A stretch of DNA of 64,000 nt from assembly GCA_965197585.1 (NCBI GenBank), contig OZ240215.1:3264001-3328000 (forward strand), read 5' to 3'. Below the pieces are notes generated by a model, which had not been told where the DNA came from, did no database searches, and was given only the letters and a program-made list of their open reading frames with translations. Both the position numbers and the translations under genes were made by a program. The DNA is from Dehalococcoidia bacterium. GTDB lineage: Bacteria > Chloroflexota > Dehalococcoidia > Plut-88900. Positions 58,401-64,000 of the stretch are shown in pieces; the stretch's first letter is position 1, and every line of letters starts with the position of its first letter.

Positions 58401-60353
58401 TTGGTCAAGAAAGCGCTGATGCTGCTGGGAGTCCTCGCAATTGTCGGGGTCGCTGGCCTGTCGCTGTTGCTGCCGGATGCCGTGAGCGCAAGCGGGCACA
58501 GCGCGACCAGGTCCTTCGCAAACAATACCGTAATTACAGGCGCCGAGCTGGAGATTGAGATATCGGTCTCCGGCCTCGGCGGCTTCGGCCAGGTGCGGGA
58601 GACCCTCCCCGAAGGTTTCTCCTTCACCGGGTCTGACGAATCCGCCGTCGTGGACGGCCAGACCGTTAGCTTCACCGTCCTCAACAGCGAGGCAACCTTT
58701 AGCTACACCGTCACCGCCCCCGCCGCCACCGGGACCTACGAATTCTCCGGCTCAGTCCTCGACTCTGACAAGGAAGGGGAGGACACCGGCGGAGACTCCT
58801 CCATAGAAGTCACAGACCCACCCCTCGTGGCGGAGAGGTCCATATCCCGTTCCTCCGTCGGCTCCGGGGAACAGATCACCATAAGCATAGCCGCCTCCGG
58901 ATTCGGCGCCGCGGCATCCGTGGCTGAGAACGTACCCGCTGGACTCACCTACACGTTCAGCAGTCTCTCCTCCGCCGCCGTTAACATAGACGAAGGTAGC
59001 ATCAGATTCACCCTCCTCGGCGAGGATAGCTTCAGCTACACCCTTACCGCCGGAGACCCGGGTGACTACACTATCTCTGGTACGATCACAGATTTGGACA
59101 GGGTAAGCTTAGACATCACCGGCGACGACAGCATAACCGTTTCCGCCGCCGTGCCTGCTACCGCTGACCGGTCCTTCGGCGCCGCCTTCGCAGAACCCGA
59201 AGGTGAAGTCGTTGTGACCATCGCGGCCGCCGGCTACGGGGCCGCCGCCCGGATCGTGGAAACCCTCCCTGAGGGCTTCACCTACGTGAACACAGACCTC
59301 CCCGGCGGTGCCACAGGCGCCGACGGGCAGTCGGTCACCTTCGTCATTCTCGGCGAAGACAGCTTCACCTACACCGTCATCGCCCCCGCTGACACGGGCG
59401 CCTATGCCTTCAGTGGCTCGCTGACTGATATCGACAAGAACGAAATCCCCATCGGAGGCACAACCGACTTGAAAGTTGGTGCTCCTCCGGCTTTCCCGGA
59501 GTCTGAGATGGGGATAAGAGAAATCGCCGAGAACACCGATGCGGGCGTCGACATCGGTGATCCGGTAGCGGCCGAGTCGACGGTCGGGGCACTGACATAC
59601 GAAATAACAGGTGATGATGCCCCAGACTTCGACATCGACACAGCCACTGGTCAATTGAAGACCAAATCCGCCCTTGACTACGAGACCAAGGCCAGCTACT
59701 CCGTCAGTGTAACCGCCACCGATGAACTCGGGAGTACGGCTTCCCTAGAAGTGACTGTTCAGGTCACCAATGTGTACGAGGGCATCATGATCACGGACAG
59801 CGGTGTCCGCGAAATCAACGAAAATACGCCCTTCGGCGTACGCATCGGCGACCCGATTGACGCCACTTCCGCCGATGGTAGCTCCTTGACCTTCGAGATC
59901 ACCAGCGCCGCCGCAGACACCTTCGACATCGAACCCGACACCGGTCAGTTGAGGACTAAGGGCGACCTGGACTTCGAGACCAGAGCCAGCTACTCGCTCC
60001 AGGTAACCATCACCGACGAGTACGGCGAGAGTGCCTCCCTGGTAGTAACCATCAAGGTCCTCGACCGTGATGAGTACGTCGAACCGACGGCCACACCTGA
60101 ACCTACAGCGGTGCCGCCCACGGCAGTGCCTCCCACGGCAGTACCGCCGACGGCCACTTCGGTGCCGCCCACGGCCACTTCAGTACCGCCCACAGCAGCA
60201 CCCGAACCGACAGTGGCGCCTGAGCCCACGGCCGTCCCTGAACCAGAGGATGAAGGTGGATTCCCGGTCTGGGCCATCATAGTGATAGTCCTGGCGGTAA
60301 TAGCGGGCGTAGCCATCATCGGGTTCGTCATCTACCGCAGACGCCAAGCGTAA
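58401..60353 (+). CDS. Membrane-anchored surface protein: 3 tandem ~105 aa beta-sandwich repeats, 2 cadherin domains, Pro/Thr linker, C-terminal TM
   Basis: Signal peptide; repeats AxRS..V.ETLPEGF..V.FT...FSYTVTA...G.Y.FSG; LDYE/LDFE; PTAVP repeats; TM plus RRR tail. Confidence 0.88.
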   Translation: MVKKALMLLGVLAIVGVAGLSLLLPDAVSASGHSATRSFANNTVITGAELEIEISVSGLGGFGQVRETLPEGFSFTGSDESAVVDGQTVSFTVLNSEATFSYTVTAPAATGTYEFSGSVLDSDKEGEDTGGDSSIEVTDPPLVAERSISRSSVGSGEQITISIAASGFGAAASVAENVPAGLTYTFSSLSSAAVNIDEGSIRFTLLGEDSFSYTLTAGDPGDYTISGTITDLDRVSLDITGDDSITVSAAVPATADRSFGAAFAEPEGEVVVTIAAAGYGAAARIVETLPEGFTYVNTDLPGGATGADGQSVTFVILGEDSFTYTVIAPADTGAYAFSGSLTDIDKNEIPIGGTTDLKVGAPPAFPESEMGIREIAENTDAGVDIGDPVAAESTVGALTYEITGDDAPDFDIDTATGQLKTKSALDYETKASYSVSVTATDELGSTASLEVTVQVTNVYEGIMITDSGVREINENTPFGVRIGDPIDATSADGSSLTFEITSAAADTFDIEPDTGQLRTKGDLDFETRASYSLQVTITDEYGESASLVVTIKVLDRDEYVEPTATPEPTAVPPTAVPPTAVPPTATSVPPTATSVPPTAAPEPTVAPEPTAVPEPEDEGGFPVWAIIVIVLAVIAGVAIIGFVIYRRRQA

Positions 60354-60403
60354 ACCGGGGCTAAGAACCCGCTGCGCAAGTAGGCAGCACAAAGTAGAGT
60401 AAA

Positions 60404-60446
60404 ATCCGCCCCCAGGGGTCACAACCCTTGGGGGCGGAGACTTTTT
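60404..60446 (+). terminator. Intrinsic terminator after the surface-protein operon
   Basis: TCCGCCCCCAGGG-loop-CCCTTGGGGGCGGA followed by GACTTTTT. Confidence 0.8.
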
Positions 60447-60494
60447 AGGTCGGATGTGTAGAGATTGTTGCTTTCTTAAGTTTGGAGAAATCAC

Positions 60495-60797
60495 ATGCGT
60501 CTTACCTCTAAGGAGATGGATCGACTCACAATCTTCACCGCAGCCGAGCTCGCTCGGCGGCGGCGGCAGAGAGGCTTAAAACTAAACTACCCGGAGGCCG
60601 TAGCCCTCATATGCGACGAGCTTCTCGAAGATGGCCGCGAAGGTAAAACCTACGAAGAGGTTATGACACACGCGATCAATATTCTCTCCACTGATGACGT
60701 CCTGGACGGCGTCCCTGACTTGGTAACCCCCATCCGCCTCGAGGTCACCTTCGACGATGGGAACAAGCTCATATATGTGGAAAACCCCATCAGATAG
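60495..60797 (+). CDS. ureA: Urease subunit gamma-like
   Basis: MRLTSKEMDRL...RGLKLNYPEAVALI...EVTFDDGNKLIYVENPI. Confidence 0.93.
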   Translation: MRLTSKEMDRLTIFTAAELARRRRQRGLKLNYPEAVALICDELLEDGREGKTYEEVMTHAINILSTDDVLDGVPDLVTPIRLEVTFDDGNKLIYVENPIR

Positions 60798-60810
60798 GAG
60801 GACGATACCG

Positions 60811-61182
60811 ATGAAACCGGGCGAGGTCATTCCAGCCGAAAGTGCCATACAGATAAATGAGGGCCGAGAAGTTATCGCTATTTCTGTAACCAACACCTCG
60901 GACCATGCCGTCCAAGTCACGTCCCACTATCACTTCTTCGAAGCCAATAAACGGTTGCAGTTTGATCGGACTGCAGCCTATGGAAAACGACTCGACGTGC
61001 CTTCGGGCGCTGCAGTCCGATGGCAACCGGGGGAAACCAGGAGAGTCCGGCTGATAGACATCGGGGGAAAACGAAGAGTGTTCGGTTTCCAGGGGCTGGT
61101 TAACGGCCGACTAACTGACGAGCAACGCGGTGAGGCCCTACACCGGGCCCGAGACCGCGGCTTTCTGGACCAGGAGAGTTAA
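60811..61182 (+). CDS. ureB: Urease subunit beta-like
   Basis: MKPGEVI, QVTSHYHFFEAN, RLDVPSGAAVRWQPGE; SD GGAGG before 60811. Confidence 0.92.
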   Translation: MKPGEVIPAESAIQINEGREVIAISVTNTSDHAVQVTSHYHFFEANKRLQFDRTAAYGKRLDVPSGAAVRWQPGETRRVRLIDIGGKRRVFGFQGLVNGRLTDEQRGEALHRARDRGFLDQES

Positions 61183-61184
61183 CC

Positions 61185-62861
61185 ATGTCTGTTGAGATCA
61201 CGAGAGCTGAATATGACTCCCTATATGGACCCACCACTGGTGATCGTATCCGACTGGGTGACACTGATCTCCTCTTGGAAGTGGAGGCTGACCACACCTC
61301 CTACGGCAACGAAATAACTCACGGTTGGGGAAAGAATAGTCGCACCGGCATGATGCACGCCTACCAGACCCCTGGGGACAGCGAGCTAGACAGCATCATA
61401 GTTGGTTCCGTCATCGTCGATCCCGTGTTAGGTATCTTCAAGGGCGACATCGGCATCAAGGATGGCCTCATCGCAGGAATCGGGCGGGCTGGGAACCCAG
61501 ACATCATGGATGGCGTTGACCTTGTGCTGGGCCCGAACACCAACGTTCTCCCTGCCGCCGGCCTCATAGCTACTCCTGGAGGCGTAGATAGCCACGTCCA
61601 CATCTACGACAACCCTAAACTCATGGAGACCGCCATAAGTTCCGGTATTACCACCTTCATAGGCGCAGGGCTGAATCACAACGGCGACTTCACCATTCAC
61701 AAGTACTTCGAGGCCTTTGAGGAGATCCCCATAAACCTGGGAGTCCAGGGCCGAGGCGCTGCCAGTCACCCCTCCCCAATAGAGCGCAACATAGAAGCCG
61801 GCGCCTGCGGCATGAAGATCCATGAAGACGAGGGTGCCTATCCCTATGTGATAGATCTCTGCCTGCAGGTTGCCGAGCAATATGATGTCTCCGTTGCCCT
61901 CCACACCGACGGCCTGCAGGAGTCCATGCAAGTCATGGACACCATAGAGGCCATCGGAGGTAGAGCGCTCCACGCCTACCATGTAGAAGGTGTAGGCGGA
62001 GGCCACGCCCCGGATCTCCTCAAGTTGGCCGGTGTTGAAAACATAATGACCTCCTCTACAACGCCCACCATCCCTTACACGGCCGGGACTTATCAGGAAC
62101 ATTTTCCGATGACAGCCTTGGTCCACGGACTTACGCCCCACCTGCCCACAGACGTTGCTGCCCTTGAAGCCAGGGTCCGTCGCGAGACCATGGCCGCCGA
62201 GGACGTACTCCACGATATGGGAGCCGTTCCCATCATCAACTCGGACTCACAAGGTATGGGCCGTATAGGGGAAGTAGTTACAAGAACATGGCAGCTCGCT
62301 CACAAGATGAAGCGGGAGCGGGGAGCAGCCAACCCCCACAACGACAATGACCGCATCCTTCAATACCTCGCCAAAATCACAATTAACCCCGCCATTACTC
62401 ACGGCATTTCGGACTACGTCGGCTCCTTGGAGAAGGGGAAGCTGGCCGACATCGTCCTTTGGAACCCCCGTTTCTTTGGGGTGAAACCCGAGACAGTAAT
62501 CAAAGGCGGCTTTGTTACGTGGGGGACGCGTGGAGAAGGCAACGCTTCGATATCTAACTGTGAGCCGGTGATATACGGCCCTGCTTTCGGAGCGATGGGT
62601 CGCGCCGCCGGGAGGTTGAGCGTCTTTTTCGTATCCCAGGCCTCATTGGACAATGGCTTGTCGGAGCGCCTGGGCAGCCGGCGGCAGCTTCTGCCCGTTA
62701 AGAACGTTCGTAGTGCATCTAAAAGAAAGATGGTTCGTAACAAACTTAATCCCGAGATCGAAATAGATCCCAGGACCTCCCGTGTCCTGGTCAACAGACA
62801 GGAGGCCATCTCAGAAGCAATTAGAGAGGTTCCTCTAAACCGCCTTTACGTAATCACATGA
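61185..62861 (+). CDS. ureC: Urease subunit alpha-like (divergent active site)
   Basis: YGPTTGDRIRLGDT, DSHVH, MKIHED, LHTD, HVEGVGGGHAPD, SDSQGMGR. Confidence 0.9.
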   Translation: MSVEITRAEYDSLYGPTTGDRIRLGDTDLLLEVEADHTSYGNEITHGWGKNSRTGMMHAYQTPGDSELDSIIVGSVIVDPVLGIFKGDIGIKDGLIAGIGRAGNPDIMDGVDLVLGPNTNVLPAAGLIATPGGVDSHVHIYDNPKLMETAISSGITTFIGAGLNHNGDFTIHKYFEAFEEIPINLGVQGRGAASHPSPIERNIEAGACGMKIHEDEGAYPYVIDLCLQVAEQYDVSVALHTDGLQESMQVMDTIEAIGGRALHAYHVEGVGGGHAPDLLKLAGVENIMTSSTTPTIPYTAGTYQEHFPMTALVHGLTPHLPTDVAALEARVRRETMAAEDVLHDMGAVPIINSDSQGMGRIGEVVTRTWQLAHKMKRERGAANPHNDNDRILQYLAKITINPAITHGISDYVGSLEKGKLADIVLWNPRFFGVKPETVIKGGFVTWGTRGEGNASISNCEPVIYGPAFGAMGRAAGRLSVFFVSQASLDNGLSERLGSRRQLLPVKNVRSASKRKMVRNKLNPEIEIDPRTSRVLVNRQEAISEAIREVPLNRLYVIT

Positions 62862-62966
62862 CAGGCGTGCGGTTCGGGATAGTGTCCCCTCTTGGCTCAC
62901 TCGAACAGTCTTGCCCCTTGCCAATGGCTTAATGAATTTGGTTTTAAATCAGTTGCAATTGCATGA

Positions 62967-64000
62967 CTTGGATACGCGCAAGGGCTGGTTGAGGCAAAGA
63001 AATTTGCGAGAGATTTCGACGAGAACGACACCGGCTTGGTGTTCCAGTTCGCAGCTACCGACCCGGAAGGCCAGCCGATTAGATGGGAGCTGCCGGGAGA
63101 TGACGCTGCCGATTTCTACATTACGGAAGGTGCACTTTCATTTAGTGTCACTCCTGATTACGAAAACCCGGCTGACAAGAACCGCGACAACATATACCAG
63201 GTAACGGTAGAGGCCAGAGACCCCGGATTTAACGTAGCCCCCGCCGACGTGACCGTTACAGTGCTCAATGTGGACGAACGGGGTACGGTAACCCTTTCCA
63301 CCCAGACTCCTCAAGAGGAAGTCGGTCTGAGTGCTGAACTTTCTGACCCTGACGGTATCACCACCCAGGCTCAGTGGCAGTGGTCCCGCTCCTCCGACGG
63401 CTTGAACGGTTGGACGAACATCAGTGGCGCCGCGACAAGAAATTACACTCCCGTAGAAGCCGATGTCGGCGGCTACCTTCGTGCCGCGGCCACCTATGAG
63501 GATGCCCAGAGCGTAGACGTGGAAAAAACTGCCCACGGAATATCGGCCAACCCGGTTTTGGCCAAACCCTACATAAACCAGGCCCCAGAGTTCCTTGACG
63601 AGGAACCCACAAGAACTGTGAACGAAAATGCGGCTGCCGACGCCCCAGTGGGTGACCCTGTTGCAGCCGAAGACCCCGACGACGATCCCTTGACCTACGC
63701 CCTCAGCGGCACCGATGCAGGTTCCTTCGGCATCGATGACAGCACCGGCCAGATTTCGGTGCCCGCCGAAACCTCTTTGGACTTCGAGACCAAGAGTAGC
63801 TATTCCGTCACCGTTACAGCCACCGACCCCTCAGGCGAAAGCGATAGCGTCGACATGACCATTACCGTCATGGACGTGAACGAACCACCGGATGTGACAG
63901 AGGGCGAAACGGACCTTGAGCACGCTGAACATGGCACTGATGCTGTTGAGCAATTTGTAGCAGTAGACCCCGAAGGCCAGGACGTTAGTTGGAGACTCTC
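62967..64000 (+). CDS. Cadherin-repeat protein, start unclear, runs off the window
   Basis: Frame open from 62967 after TGA: ...ATDPEGQPIRW...PDYENPADKNRDN...WQWSRS...LDFETK...; not in the ORF track because it has no stop. Confidence 0.8.

Noticed and set aside
56301-58499. 732 aa antisense ORF with GGVIV repeats
   Set aside because: Mirror of the cadherin gene and its DDDAAT repeat; no independent support
62911-63204. 97 aa ORF after ureC as a urease accessory protein
   Set aside because: No UreD/E/F/G motifs; out-of-frame overlap with the cadherin reading frame

Overview
GC-rich bacterial chromosomal window. Gene content (F420 biosynthesis and F420-dependent PPOX proteins, DUF5667-type anti-sigma, paralogous CoA transferases, amidohydrolases and crotonases, giant cadherin-repeat proteins) suggests Chloroflexota, probably Dehalococcoidia/SAR202-like; this is inference. 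1-39.7 kb is mostly housekeeping and metabolism: F420 cluster interleaved with a sugar kinase/aldolase/dehydrogenase operon, ECF sigma/anti-sigma, ABC exporter pair, ruvB, yceD-rpmF-fabD-fabG-nusB-acpP, udg, rnj, ftsK, fused accD-accA, mrp, uvrB. 39.9-44.8 kb holds two tRNA genes (Gln, Asn), each followed by cargo and a partial copy of its own 3' end, with no integrase in the window. The tRNA-Asn cargo is a single small GIY-YIG nuclease whose C-terminus is encoded by the tRNA copy, in which part of the anticodon arm is replaced by a TCCGCC-N3-GGCGGA palindrome that recurs nearby. 44.8-64 kb is a surface-protein locus: two giant secreted cadherin-repeat proteins sharing a C-terminal EF-hand/dockerin-like module, a membrane-anchored protein with three tandem Ig/cohesin-like domains (candidate scaffold), a palindrome-rich 1.8 kb intergenic region, a divergent urease-like ABC trio without accessory genes, and a further cadherin ORF running off the end. 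Best candidates for new biology: a scaffoldin/dockerin-like adhesin assembly, the GIY-YIG/tRNA/palindrome mini-element, and loop-restricted hypervariation inside a 2.2 kb intragenic duplication. All calls come from reading sequence motifs; no database searches were run.
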